Positions 9,763-17,415 are shown, numbered from the stretch's first letter. The stretch is 20,000 nucleotides of DNA from an uncultured virus (IMG/VR IMGVR_UViG_3300025892_000017) (IMGVR_UViG_3300025892_000017), one strand, 5' to 3'. Notes: generated from the sequence alone by a model not told the origin. Made by a program: numbers and translations.

Positions 9763-9995
9763 TTCTTCTTTTTCTTAGGGAAGTAAATTGCATCTTTCTG
9801 ATTAACACATATTTCTTCAATCTCATATAAAGCTTTGCTTTGATCTTTATCGACACCATCAAATGTGCGAAAGAAATGAGTAAGTTGTATTAATTCAGTC
9901 CAAACCTGAATAGGAGTATAGTTTTTATACTTTTCTCTATCCTTTTTAGCTATATCGACTAACTCGTCTATACTGTGTTCTGTAAAATATTCCAT
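9759..9995 (-). CDS. Hypothetical protein
   Basis: 78-aa ORF with start/stop overlapping its neighbours. Confidence 0.6.
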   Translation of the reverse strand: MEYFTEHSIDELVDIAKKDREKYKNYTPIQVWTELIQLTHFFRTFDGVDKDQSKALYEIEEICVNQKDAIYFPKKKKK

Positions 9996-10366
9996 TATTT
10001 TATTGTATTTGTTATTAATTTTTTAAGCGGTCTTAGTTTTAGTTTTTTCCATATAGGAGATCCTTTTATTCTAGTTTTTAAGCTAGCTGCGGAGATATAC
10101 ATTAGCGTCCCATTATTATTTTCAAGGAGATATACTGATGCTGAGATTTCATCACTTAAATCAACTTTCCATTTAAGAAGTTTCTTAATATTTATGTATC
10201 GTTTTAAGCGCTTTTTATGTTCTTTGTCACAGGAGCATATACCACGATGATCACAGTTTTGCATCCAAGTATCCTTTAAAAATTGTTCACCACCTTTAGA
10301 CTCAAAGTAATAAAACTCCATCAGGGTGTCACCTTTAAGGGGTCCGTTGTTGCTATACCAATGCAT
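9995..10366 (-). CDS. Hypothetical protein
   Basis: 123-aa ORF coupled to its neighbours; CDHRGICSC cysteine cluster. Confidence 0.55.
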   Translation of the reverse strand: MHWYSNNGPLKGDTLMEFYYFESKGGEQFLKDTWMQNCDHRGICSCDKEHKKRLKRYINIKKLLKWKVDLSDEISASVYLLENNNGTLMYISAASLKTRIKGSPIWKKLKLRPLKKLITNTIK

Positions 10367-10368
10367 GC

Positions 10369-10968
10369 TTATCGCACAAACTTCATTATACCTTCAACTT
10401 GCTTCTCGGTAAGCTGGTCACCCTTCTTACTCATGATAAAGTCAAAAGCCTTTTGTTTATCTGTTTGAGATTTTATATACCCGATAACCTTACTCATAAG
10501 CTCTGGGTCTTTATCAGCTGTCTTAGTGCTTCGGGTAGACTTAGCAGCTCCTTTACTGGGGGTGGCTTTAGCAGGTTTTGATGATAGTGTGCCGTTTGTC
10601 ATGCCGCCACCTTGCTTAGCAATAGCCTCGGTCACTTCATTAGCAGATGCAATAGAAGCATCGATACCTATACCCATCATAGCCAAGGCTCTACCTATAG
10701 CAGATGTTTCGCAGTTCTCAACATAACTTGTTTTGTTAATGTTACTGCTACCTTGAACCTCATGGGCATGACCACTCGCTATTATTCGTTGAGCAGGATC
10801 TGCAATGATCGCTCTACATACACACATTTCTGAATCCAACGCTGTGAATTCTGTGGATATAGTCCAGTTTTTATACTCGTCTTCTTGGCGGAAGAATTTG
10901 ATACGCTCGTTTACTTCGACGTACTGTTTGCCACGGATGTTCGTGGTCTTGAATTTGTAATTAGACAT
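10369..10968 (-). CDS. Single-strand annealing protein, Sak/Rad52-like
   Basis: IRGKQYVEVNERI...ASGHAHE...INKTSYVENCETSAIGRALAMMGIG...IASANEV motifs, then a low-complexity linker and a small C-terminal domain; near a RecE-like exonuclease. Confidence 0.75.
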   Translation of the reverse strand: MSNYKFKTTNIRGKQYVEVNERIKFFRQEDEYKNWTISTEFTALDSEMCVCRAIIADPAQRIIASGHAHEVQGSSNINKTSYVENCETSAIGRALAMMGIGIDASIASANEVTEAIAKQGGGMTNGTLSSKPAKATPSKGAAKSTRSTKTADKDPELMSKVIGYIKSQTDKQKAFDFIMSKKGDQLTEKQVEGIMKFVR

Positions 10969-10991
10969 GTATTAAATTAAATTAGGGTTTA

Positions 10992-11023
10992 CAAATATAA
11001 GCAAAAGTCTGTTAGAAACCAAA
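10992..11023 (-). promoter_or_regulatory. Bacteroidota sigma-A-type promoter for the recombination/replication operon
   Basis: Minus strand TTTG (11023-11020), 20-nt spacer, TATATTTG (10999-10992); 23 nt upstream of the ATG at 10968. Confidence 0.7.
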
Positions 11024-11191
11024 CTTTCTTGCATTTTCATATAGATTGTGCATAGATTTCTCAAACTGCTTAGGGGTTTGAGAGGTGTTTCTGCAGACCT
11101 TCATAAAGCCACCTATTAAATGTACAGCATCTATATGTTCGGGTTTTAGTTCAAGAGAACTGTTAAGCGTTTTTTCTGTTATTTTACTCAT
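11012..11191 (-). CDS. Small hypothetical protein, 59 aa (MSKITEKTLN...RKFGF)
   Basis: Read manually; below the ORF-track cutoff; A-rich leader. Confidence 0.45.
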   Translation of the reverse strand: MSKITEKTLNSSLELKPEHIDAVHLIGGFMKVCRNTSQTPKQFEKSMHNLYENARKFGF

Positions 11192-11306
11192 TGTATTGAT
11201 TGATTAAATAGATTAATAATATTATATTGATTATCCATAAGGTAATACTTATGTTTTTTTGTTTTTTAGTTAGTTTATGTATCATTCGTATCTGATTGAT
11301 CTTCAA

Positions 11307-11462
11307 CTAGTTATTGAAGTTTATATCAAGCTTTAGTTTAAGACAGAAAGCTTCGATCACCCACTCTACAGCTTCGGTATCTTCACTAAAAGTGAAGTTT
11401 ACATATGCTGTTGAGAGCTCGTCAAGGGATAGATCGTGAAAAGGATTCTTTATGTATGTCAT
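11307..11462 (-). CDS. Small hypothetical protein, 51 aa (MTYIKNPFHD...INFNN)
   Basis: Read manually; same strand as the operon. Confidence 0.45.
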   Translation of the reverse strand: MTYIKNPFHDLSLDELSTAYVNFTFSEDTEAVEWVIEAFCLKLKLDINFNN

Positions 11463-11679
11463 CTACTTAAGGTTCTGGTGTTCAAGATATATACCCATAA
11501 CGGTTGCTGCTGCAATTATTATTATTAGTGTCATGTTGTTTTTACTTTAGTTTTTACTTGATTCTTTTTTTCTAATCTCTCTTGTTCTCTTCTCCACCTT
11601 CTAGATGCGGAGCCTGTGTTTAATTTTACAGATTTTGCTGATTTTACGTAACTGCTACCCATTGTGTATATATTAAATG

Positions 11680-11877
11680 TTATTTTGTTTTAGAACTTTC
11701 GTTATCCATATTCATCATCAACTCATTGTATATATATTTAAACTCTTCTGCTTTTAACCTCCATTGCATAGCAATAATAAGAAGGTCTTTCTTGCTGTGA
11801 GCCTTGAGGGCAGACTTAACCTGCTCTTTAGACCACATAGCTAGTGGGTCGTTTATACTTTCTTTTTTTAAACTCAT
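11680..11877 (-). CDS. Hypothetical protein
   Basis: 65 aa; ATGA overlap with the upstream ORF. Confidence 0.55.
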   Translation of the reverse strand: MSLKKESINDPLAMWSKEQVKSALKAHSKKDLLIIAMQWRLKAEEFKYIYNELMMNMDNESSKTK

Positions 11878-12098
11878 ATCTTTATAAATGTATTTGTTTT
11901 GTTTTTAAGTTTCTTTGTTACCTCCACTCTCTCACGCAGCTTCCTAGCGCTTGTGTTAACCTCTTTCTGTATCACAGCGAGGGTAGCTTCAAAAGCATAC
12001 GTAGTAGCCTTCTGATTGATCTTATCTACGATCTCATATACATCATCGCTATACGCTAGTATATCTCTCATTTCTCTTACACCTAGTAGTCTTTTCAT
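11874..12098 (-). CDS. Hypothetical protein
   Basis: 74 aa; A-rich leader; coupled to the next gene. Confidence 0.55.
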   Translation of the reverse strand: MKRLLGVREMRDILAYSDDVYEIVDKINQKATTYAFEATLAVIQKEVNTSARKLRERVEVTKKLKNKTNTFIKI

Positions 12099-12293
12099 AT
12101 TATTCTTGTTCTTTAAATATCACCCAGGATCCATCTTCGTCAGGGGAAGCCTTTACTATTTCTTCAGCTTTCTCTCTTGTCAGATCTGTGTATAAAGTGT
12201 ATTTTTGTTTAGTAGAGTTATAAACGCGTTGTACTATGTACTTCTTCATGATGATGTGATTTGTTTTGTGTACCTAAATGTACGCCAATACTT

Positions 12294-12381
12294 TGGAACC
12301 TAGCGGAGGATTCGAACCTCCCGAAGTCTACCCCCGAACCAACAGTAGCAGCTTTCTCCATCTTCCAATCGTGGGCTAGGA
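12294..12381 (-). ncRNA. tRNA-like RNA or degenerate tRNA, 88 nt, with encoded CCA
   Basis: Minus strand 5' UCCUAGC ... GGAGG-UUCGAAU-CCUCC GCUAGGU U CCA 3': perfect T-arm, 6/7-bp acceptor stem and CCA. D and anticodon arms are not canonical. Confidence 0.65.
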
Positions 12382-12387
12382 TATTTT

Positions 12388-12558
12388 TCATTTTATTTTG
12401 TTTTGTATTTCTCTCCATGCTTCTGGGTACTCATCGATCAGTATGCGCTTGAGTGTTTGTAACTCACTCCACATCTCTTTGATTACCTTAGCTTGGTTCT
12501 TAATTGTTTTAGCTCTGTCTATTCTTTCTCTGTTTTTAGCTCGTTCTTGTATTCCCAT
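12388..12558 (-). CDS. Small hypothetical protein, 56 aa (MGIQERAKNR...IQNKIK)
   Basis: Read manually; stops 6 nt before the tRNA-like RNA. Confidence 0.5.
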   Translation of the reverse strand: MGIQERAKNRERIDRAKTIKNQAKVIKEMWSELQTLKRILIDEYPEAWREIQNKIK

Positions 12559-12606
12559 TTGGTTATGCTATTAGGTGAGTTGATTCACTTATTTACACTC
12601 GTTTAA

Positions 12607-12999
12607 TTATATACAGTCCATACATTCATTTATATCTTTATCCTCATTGAATGCTACCGTATTTACACGATCACCACATGATCCGCATATATATTTACTC
12701 AAGTCTACTAAACGATTAACTTCGTTGTGTTCTTTAATAAATTCTACTACTCTATCGTACACTACCTCTATCTTCATTGTCAATAATGATTCATTAATAA
12801 AGTAATGCTGACCTTCTGAGGGTTGTTGTGCGTCAAAGCATTTCTGTACTACAGGCATCAACCAATCCCATGAAGTGTGGTATTGTAAGAGTATATGATG
12901 TGTTAATTCTCTATTACCCTCTTTTGTTAGATGCTCAAAGTAACACCCATCGGGTGTTTCCAATCCCATAAATTCTGCTATTAGTTTATTGTATTTCAT
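12607..12999 (-). CDS. Hypothetical protein, NKLIAEFMG/SWDWLMPVV family, with C-terminal CxxC..CxxC zinc ribbon
   Basis: Paralog of 15466..15735 at protein and DNA level; tail CGSC...CMDC. Confidence 0.7.
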   Translation of the reverse strand: MKYNKLIAEFMGLETPDGCYFEHLTKEGNRELTHHILLQYHTSWDWLMPVVQKCFDAQQPSEGQHYFINESLLTMKIEVVYDRVVEFIKEHNEVNRLVDLSKYICGSCGDRVNTVAFNEDKDINECMDCI

Positions 13000-13147
13000 A
13001 TCCGTTTATTTGTGTATCGCTTATCAATTTATGCTTGATTGTGTAGCCGAGTTCATCTACTACCTCTTGTATCTGCTCGTCAGTCAAGTCGAGTTCGAAG
13101 TACATACCTATATTTAGGTAGGCAACTCCATATTTGTTTTTAGTCAT
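12986..13147 (-). CDS. Small hypothetical protein, 53 aa (MTKNKYGVAY...GYEIQ)
   Basis: Read manually; overlaps the start of the next gene. Confidence 0.45.
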   Translation of the reverse strand: MTKNKYGVAYLNIGMYFELDLTDEQIQEVVDELGYTIKHKLISDTQINGYEIQ

Positions 13148-13430
13148 AATGTTATAGGTTTTTAGTTATATCTTCTATAGTTTCTTTTGCTTCGGGATTT
13201 AAGTTGCTTATAAGCCACTCTATCTCATCAATAGGTGTGCTTGATTCGTTAAGTATGTATAGAGCATACTTGGTTAGTTCTTCTTGTTTCATTGTAATCC
13301 ATATTTATCTATGTATTCTCCTATCGTTCGTCTTAGTCTACCTACTTTGAGTTCATACATATTTACTCTTGCTGAATAAGCAAGTATGGTTTCTTGTAGA
13401 CGCTTGTTCTTTTCTGTTAGTTTTTCTATA

Positions 13431-13592
13431 TCAGTCATGCTTTCTTATTTCATTTAATTGTCTGCCTATATCGAGAATGTTCTCGCCCTCTGCCATACCT
13501 AAGTTATAGTGTTGCCTCCATGCATCGCATGAAAGGAAGTTGTTGAACCAATCAAGGTACATAGCTTCTATTTGTGTGTTAGTGTAGTTCAT
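13431..13592 (-). CDS. Small hypothetical phage protein, 53 aa (MNYTNTQIEAMYLDWFNNFLS...)
   Basis: Read manually; the YLDWFNNFL motif looks like a recurrent small phage family; start overlaps the upstream stop. Confidence 0.55.
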   Translation of the reverse strand: MNYTNTQIEAMYLDWFNNFLSCDAWRQHYNLGMAEGENILDIGRQLNEIRKHD

Positions 13593-13780
13593 CTTATTTT
13601 TTCTCTTATTGTGTCAGCTATTTCTTCGTTAATGAATTGCATTATAGCTTCGTTATCCTCAAACGTAGCTATGAGTATGCTCTCGGCTTCCTCTTCGGTT
13701 AGCTTTACGTCTAGATGTTCAGCATTAAGCATTACATCATCAGTACTCCATTTGAGTTCGTTTCCGTTGTAGTATTTCAT
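13589..13780 (-). CDS. Small acidic hypothetical protein (MKYYNGNELKW...)
   Basis: ORF track gives 13589..13810; the ATG at 13780 follows the upstream stop directly and is preferred. Confidence 0.55.
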   Translation of the reverse strand: MKYYNGNELKWSTDDVMLNAEHLDVKLTEEEAESILIATFEDNEAIMQFINEEIADTIREKIR

Positions 13781-13781
13781 C

Positions 13782-13904
13782 TTATTCATCTTCTTCATAT
13801 GTAAATTCACAATGCTCTAAACATTCAGGGCATATACCCATATCCGTTTCTATTGTTTCTGCGCCACAGCAGTCGCTGGACAGTAATCCATCTTCTTTAT
13901 TCAT
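13782..13904 (-). CDS. Small Cys-rich zinc-finger-like protein, 40 aa (SDCCGA...CPECLEHC)
   Basis: Read manually: MNKEDGLLSSDCCGAETIETDMGICPECLEHCEFTYEEDE. Confidence 0.6.
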   Translation of the reverse strand: MNKEDGLLSSDCCGAETIETDMGICPECLEHCEFTYEEDE

Positions 13905-13914
13905 TTTATTATAT

Positions 13915-14511
13915 TTAATTTAACATCCATCTATTTCTAATTGTTACCCATACTATAGCTTGTAAAGTAGAAGGGAGTATATCATACTTCTTAGCTACCT
14001 TCTGACAATCCTTTTCTAAGTTCTTATATTGTAATGGGGTGACTGTAGTCTTACATTCTTTAGGTGATTTACTGCTAGTCTGTATCGCTCTTAAGTGCCA
14101 TTTATCTATAGTGACCTGATATGTATCCTCACCGCTGATATTCCTAGCGAAAGCATACGTCTTAGGGGATTGTTTTAATATCCTCATATCCCCATGAGCA
14201 ATAGAAAAGGCTTTGTATTTATTATTATTATACGTACACACCTTAACTTCATCGGGTGGGATACCTTTACTTACAGCATCGAGTACAGCATGAGCATCTA
14301 TCTTATTCCTACCCCACTTATTGTTAGGGGAAAGTGCTGAAATTACACCCGCACATATAAGCTTTGGTACATCGAACCGCAACGATAATACATTAACGTA
14401 GTCCTTCGCTTCATCGTACCACGTACTGCCTGATTCACGCTCTTCGTGTGTTGATTCATTATACCAGAACTTTAATAAGGCTCTACCTTTAGATCTCTCT
14501 TGTCGTGTCAT
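13915..14511 (-). CDS. Conserved phage protein, DUF7178-like; possible HhH/DNA-glycosylase-like fold
   Basis: Motifs WYDEA, AGVISALSPNNKWGRN, KTYAFARNI, VTIDKWH, LQAIVWV. Confidence 0.6.
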   Translation of the reverse strand: MTRQERSKGRALLKFWYNESTHEERESGSTWYDEAKDYVNVLSLRFDVPKLICAGVISALSPNNKWGRNKIDAHAVLDAVSKGIPPDEVKVCTYNNNKYKAFSIAHGDMRILKQSPKTYAFARNISGEDTYQVTIDKWHLRAIQTSSKSPKECKTTVTPLQYKNLEKDCQKVAKKYDILPSTLQAIVWVTIRNRWMLN

Positions 14512-14531
14512 GATGTTATTGTGTTTTAATA

Positions 14532-14681
14532 TTATACATCTAATTTTAATACAGTTTTCTTCCGTTTCGGTAATCCTTTTAATCTTCTTTGTTCATTCTC
14601 AACCCAATTGAGTAATTTTTTAATAGTTTCACGCCGAATCCTAATAGATACGTAGTCGTCAGATATTTGGTTTTTTTTCAT
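14532..14681 (-). CDS. Small basic hypothetical protein, 49 aa (MKKNQISDDYVSIRIRRETIKKL...), possibly RHH-like
   Basis: Read manually; ATG is 14 nt downstream of the palindrome at 14696-14713. Confidence 0.5.
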   Translation of the reverse strand: MKKNQISDDYVSIRIRRETIKKLLNWVENEQRRLKGLPKRKKTVLKLDV

Positions 14682-14695
14682 AATGTTGTTAGTTT

Positions 14696-14713
14696 TGTAC
14701 ACTTAAGCGTACA
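14696..14713. repeat. 18-bp palindromic repeat, copy 1 (TGTACAC-TTAA-GCGTACA)
   Basis: Directly visible; 1 nt from the stop of 14715..14966. Confidence 0.9.
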
Positions 14714-14714
14714 T

Positions 14715-14966
14715 TTATATTCGTGGTAAGAAGTGTTCGTCTTTGTTAAGCAACCCTTTTATGTCATGTACTATATCATTAGTGAACAGTAAGTCGATCT
14801 GATCTTTCTCAACTAGTCGTTCACACCAATCCTCATGGTCTATACATGTTTGTATAACATACCATAAGTTTTCTTTAAACCATTCAGGTAGGTTATCCCT
14901 TATTATAGCTATAGCTTGTGTTGATACCTCTGTGTTAGGTATTCCTTCTAATGTTTCTTGATTCAT
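14715..14966 (-). CDS. Hypothetical protein
   Basis: 83 aa; stop abuts the palindromic repeat. Confidence 0.6.
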   Translation of the reverse strand: MNQETLEGIPNTEVSTQAIAIIRDNLPEWFKENLWYVIQTCIDHEDWCERLVEKDQIDLLFTNDIVHDIKGLLNKDEHFLPRI

Positions 14967-14978
14967 ATTGTATTGGTT

Positions 14979-15479
14979 TTAGTATTCAGTGCCGTAGCAA
15001 TTCTCACATTCACAGTTGTGATTATCTTCGTTGTAGTTTAGTCCGTCATTGTTAAAGTATTCTTCACACCCATCGCATTGTACTCGGTCAGCGTTATGGT
15101 CTATGGTTACTCCCATTTTCTTAGCGCACTCATCGAGGTAGCTATCAGTCCAATCTATAAACCCTAAGGTTACTTCCATTCGTTCATCCGTAGTTAGTTC
15201 GGGCATGAAGTATTTTTTAATAAAGTCCTTACGTGTCATAGTCGGTGGCTTGGTGTACTCATCCACCATCTTACATATGTCCTCGTATATCTTTTCCTTG
15301 TTACCTTTAAGTCCGAAGTACCGCTTGACATCAGTAACTTTCCAGTGTCTATGCGGTTTCATCCCCGCTTTCCATAGCCCCAAGTCGCGCTTGGATACGA
15401 TCAGGTTGTACATACCTTTGGATGATGCGGATCCGTTGATGCTCATGTCTTGCTTTAAGTCTTGTTCAAATTGTGTCAT
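14979..15479 (-). CDS. Hypothetical protein with C-terminal CxxC..CxxC zinc ribbon
   Basis: 166 aa; CDGC...CENC tail; looks like a multi-module fusion. Confidence 0.65.
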   Translation of the reverse strand: MTQFEQDLKQDMSINGSASSKGMYNLIVSKRDLGLWKAGMKPHRHWKVTDVKRYFGLKGNKEKIYEDICKMVDEYTKPPTMTRKDFIKKYFMPELTTDERMEVTLGFIDWTDSYLDECAKKMGVTIDHNADRVQCDGCEEYFNNDGLNYNEDNHNCECENCYGTEY

Positions 15480-15735
15480 TGTTATATTCTTTAATGAATC
15501 TTACTACTTCTTTATGGGTTTTGCCTATATCGGTTGACAATATATGTGCGCCTATTAACTCGTTCTGCTCTTCAATCTTCTTAACTACAGGCATCAACCA
15601 GTCCCATGAGGAGTGGTATTGTAGTTCGTGAGGTAGATACTCATACAATCTAACTCCTTCTGAATCTTCCATAAAGAATCTATCATCTTCATATACATAT
15701 CCCATAAATTCTGCTATTAGTTTATTATCGTTCAT
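15466..15735 (-). CDS. Hypothetical protein, NKLIAEFMG/SWDWLMPVV family
   Basis: Paralog of 12607..12999. Confidence 0.7.
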   Translation of the reverse strand: MNDNKLIAEFMGYVYEDDRFFMEDSEGVRLYEYLPHELQYHSSWDWLMPVVKKIEEQNELIGAHILSTDIGKTHKEVVRFIKEYNNDTI

Positions 15736-16004
15736 GATGTGTATGAGTTATAGGTTAATACTTCTTCGTACTTCTCTTGCATAGCTTCGATTAACTCCCT
15801 ACCATTCCTAGTATGGAAGCCGTAGCTATGTGTGTATAGAGAGGGTATCGGTGTGTTGCATAATAGCAACTCCATTAGAGCATAGCTATCGTGTCCAACC
15901 TCTTCGGCTACCTCGTTGATAGCTGATGCGAGTGCCGCACAGTTGTGTCGTGGTGTACTATCTAGGTCTTCCCTGATGTACATTTCTACTTGGTTTTTAG
16001 TCAT
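15732..16004 (-). CDS. Hypothetical protein
   Basis: 90 aa; ATGA overlap with the next gene. Confidence 0.6.
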   Translation of the reverse strand: MTKNQVEMYIREDLDSTPRHNCAALASAINEVAEEVGHDSYALMELLLCNTPIPSLYTHSYGFHTRNGRELIEAMQEKYEEVLTYNSYTS

Positions 16005-16008
16005 GTTG

Positions 16009-16215
16009 TTATTGGTTTTGGTGTTGATGTTGGTTATCCTCAGTCATAGCATCGTATTCATTTGCGTAATACTCGACTTCTTGTTGTGATATAAGGAAAT
16101 CATATACCTCTTCAAGGTATATATCCCATACGTTAAGAACGATTGCCTCGCCCATTATGTCATGCCCTATGTTACGTGCATCTAGTCTATCTGATGCTTT
16201 CTCTACTTGTGTCAT
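16009..16215 (-). CDS. Hypothetical protein (MTQVEKASDR...)
   Basis: The ORF-track start at 16236 falls inside the palindrome; the ATG at 16215 is 14 nt downstream of it, as for other copies. Confidence 0.6.
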   Translation of the reverse strand: MTQVEKASDRLDARNIGHDIMGEAIVLNVWDIYLEEVYDFLISQQEVEYYANEYDAMTEDNQHQHQNQ

Positions 16216-16229
16216 GATGTTATTAGTTT

Positions 16230-16247
16230 TGTACACTCAAGTGTACA
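16230..16247. repeat. 18-bp palindromic repeat, copy 2 (TGTACAC-TCAA-GTGTACA)
   Basis: Directly visible; abuts the stop of 16248..16511. Confidence 0.95.
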
Positions 16248-16511
16248 TTATTGTATCTCGATTAGTTTTCCGTTTATCTCTTCGTATTGGTGTTCGCTCT
16301 CATCCTCCCACACAGTCCAATAAAGGACATCGTGTTCGACTGCCTCTTCAAGCATTAAGGCATCACTTTGATTATCGTATGTACCAAACTCAACCTCTCG
16401 TAGCCAAGCAATTACATCCTTCAAGTACTTGAAGTATTGTTCGCCATCGCCTTGTAGCCAACCTCGATTCATACCTTCGCCCGTTATCGAGCATCGTCTT
16501 GCGTATTTCAT
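16248..16511 (-). CDS. Hypothetical protein
   Basis: 87 aa; ARRCSITGEGMNRGW motif. Confidence 0.65.
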   Translation of the reverse strand: MKYARRCSITGEGMNRGWLQGDGEQYFKYLKDVIAWLREVEFGTYDNQSDALMLEEAVEHDVLYWTVWEDESEHQYEEINGKLIEIQ

Positions 16512-16514
16512 TTG

Positions 16515-16760
16515 TTATTGGTTATTATCTACTCCGTAAAGCATATCACACGCTTCATCTTCGGTGTACTTACGTTTTGGTTTACCTAGTGGTATGCGGT
16601 AGTCATAAGGGAAGGCTTCTTCTAACCTACGCTTGTTTTCGTTATCGGCTCTACGCCATGCTTCTACGAGGTAGTGTTGAAATCCTCCCCCGTATTTCTG
16701 ATTCTCTAGCACCCAGTCGATATGCTCTATCTCGGTGCAGTCGTGTGTTAATTTATTCAT
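16515..16760 (-). CDS. Hypothetical protein
   Basis: 81 aa; YGGGF..L.EAW.RAD.EN..RL.EAFP motif typical of small phage early proteins. Confidence 0.65.
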   Translation of the reverse strand: MNKLTHDCTEIEHIDWVLENQKYGGGFQHYLVEAWRRADNENKRRLEEAFPYDYRIPLGKPKRKYTEDEACDMLYGVDNNQ

Positions 16761-16951
16761 TTTAATTCGTCTTGTACGTTTTCTAGTGCTATCTTGTAGC
16801 CGTATTGCACAGCCATTTGCATTAGCAATAAGTCCATAGAACCATGATTTGCCTGAGCAAACGATTCTAAATACTCTCTGTCTTTAGGTGTAGCTACGAT
16901 GCCTTTATCTAGCTTGTTTATCTCTTCCTTGATGTAGTCTTGTATATTCAT
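16757..16951 (-). CDS. Hypothetical protein
   Basis: 64 aa; overlaps the start of the next gene. Confidence 0.6.
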   Translation of the reverse strand: MNIQDYIKEEINKLDKGIVATPKDREYLESFAQANHGSMDLLLMQMAVQYGYKIALENVQDELK

Positions 16952-16975
16952 GATGTATATATATTAAATGATTTG

Positions 16976-17094
16976 TGGAACAAAGGGGAGTCGAACCCCA
17001 TACTAACGTCAATCGCAGTTGCAACTGCCTCAACGCTTTCACTCCCTAAGCATATAGACTCTTGTACTTCGAGTCGTTAGCCACGAGTTGTTCC
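16976..17094 (-). ncRNA. Structured tRNA-like RNA, about 119 nt, with tmRNA-TLD-like architecture
   Basis: Acceptor stem GGAACAA/UUGUUCC plus discriminator A; T-arm GGGG-UUCGACU-CCCC; 7-bp helix GCUAACG/CGUUAGU enclosing three hairpins; fills an intergenic gap. Confidence 0.7.
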
Positions 17095-17102
17095 ATATAT
17101 TT

Positions 17103-17120
17103 TGTACACTCAAGTGTACG
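17103..17120. repeat. 18-bp palindromic repeat, copy 3 (TGTACAC-TCAA-GTGTACG)
   Basis: Directly visible; 1 nt from the stop of 17122..17400. Confidence 0.95.
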
Positions 17121-17121
17121 T

Positions 17122-17400
17122 TTATAGGTCGGTCTTGATGATAGTGCTGATCCCGAAGTGTTGCGCCACGTAGTTGATATGCTTCTGCGTGGTTACACTC
17201 CAATAGCCAAGTTGTTTTAAAGGTTGCCCGTCTATATATGTAGCCACAAGCGTATCATAGCTATATACATAGTTTATCCAACCACCTTGTTCAGCTACTT
17301 TTTCTACCCTGAGATTCTTTTTATACTTAGGTAGATGTACTTCTTTAGAGTATGGGACACCCCATCTCCAGCCTTCGGCTCTTCGTTCGTGAAAGTCCAT
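17122..17400 (-). CDS. Conserved small phage hypothetical protein
   Basis: VYSYDTLVA...GYWSVTTQKHINYVA motif; single gene flanked by repeat copies 3 and 4. Confidence 0.65.
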   Translation of the reverse strand: MDFHERRAEGWRWGVPYSKEVHLPKYKKNLRVEKVAEQGGWINYVYSYDTLVATYIDGQPLKQLGYWSVTTQKHINYVAQHFGISTIIKTDL

Positions 17401-17415
17401 TCGTTTTATTTATTT

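Noticed and set aside
12269..12284. TGTACCTAAATGTACG as an eighth palindrome copy
   Set aside because: GTAC-N6-GTAC instead of N8, and the CAC-TCAA-GTG core is absent.
12218..12418. 66-aa ORF on the - strand
   Set aside because: It runs across the tRNA-like RNA and overlaps the better-supported 12388..12558 ORF.
12445..12457. Inverted partial match ACACTCAAGCG to the repeat core
   Set aside because: Inside a coding frame, opposite orientation, and the GTAC arms are missing.
16976..17094. Calling this RNA tmRNA (ssrA) or a canonical tRNA
   Set aside because: Too short for tmRNA, no G3-U70 pair or convincing tag frame, and no D-stem or 7-nt anticodon loop.
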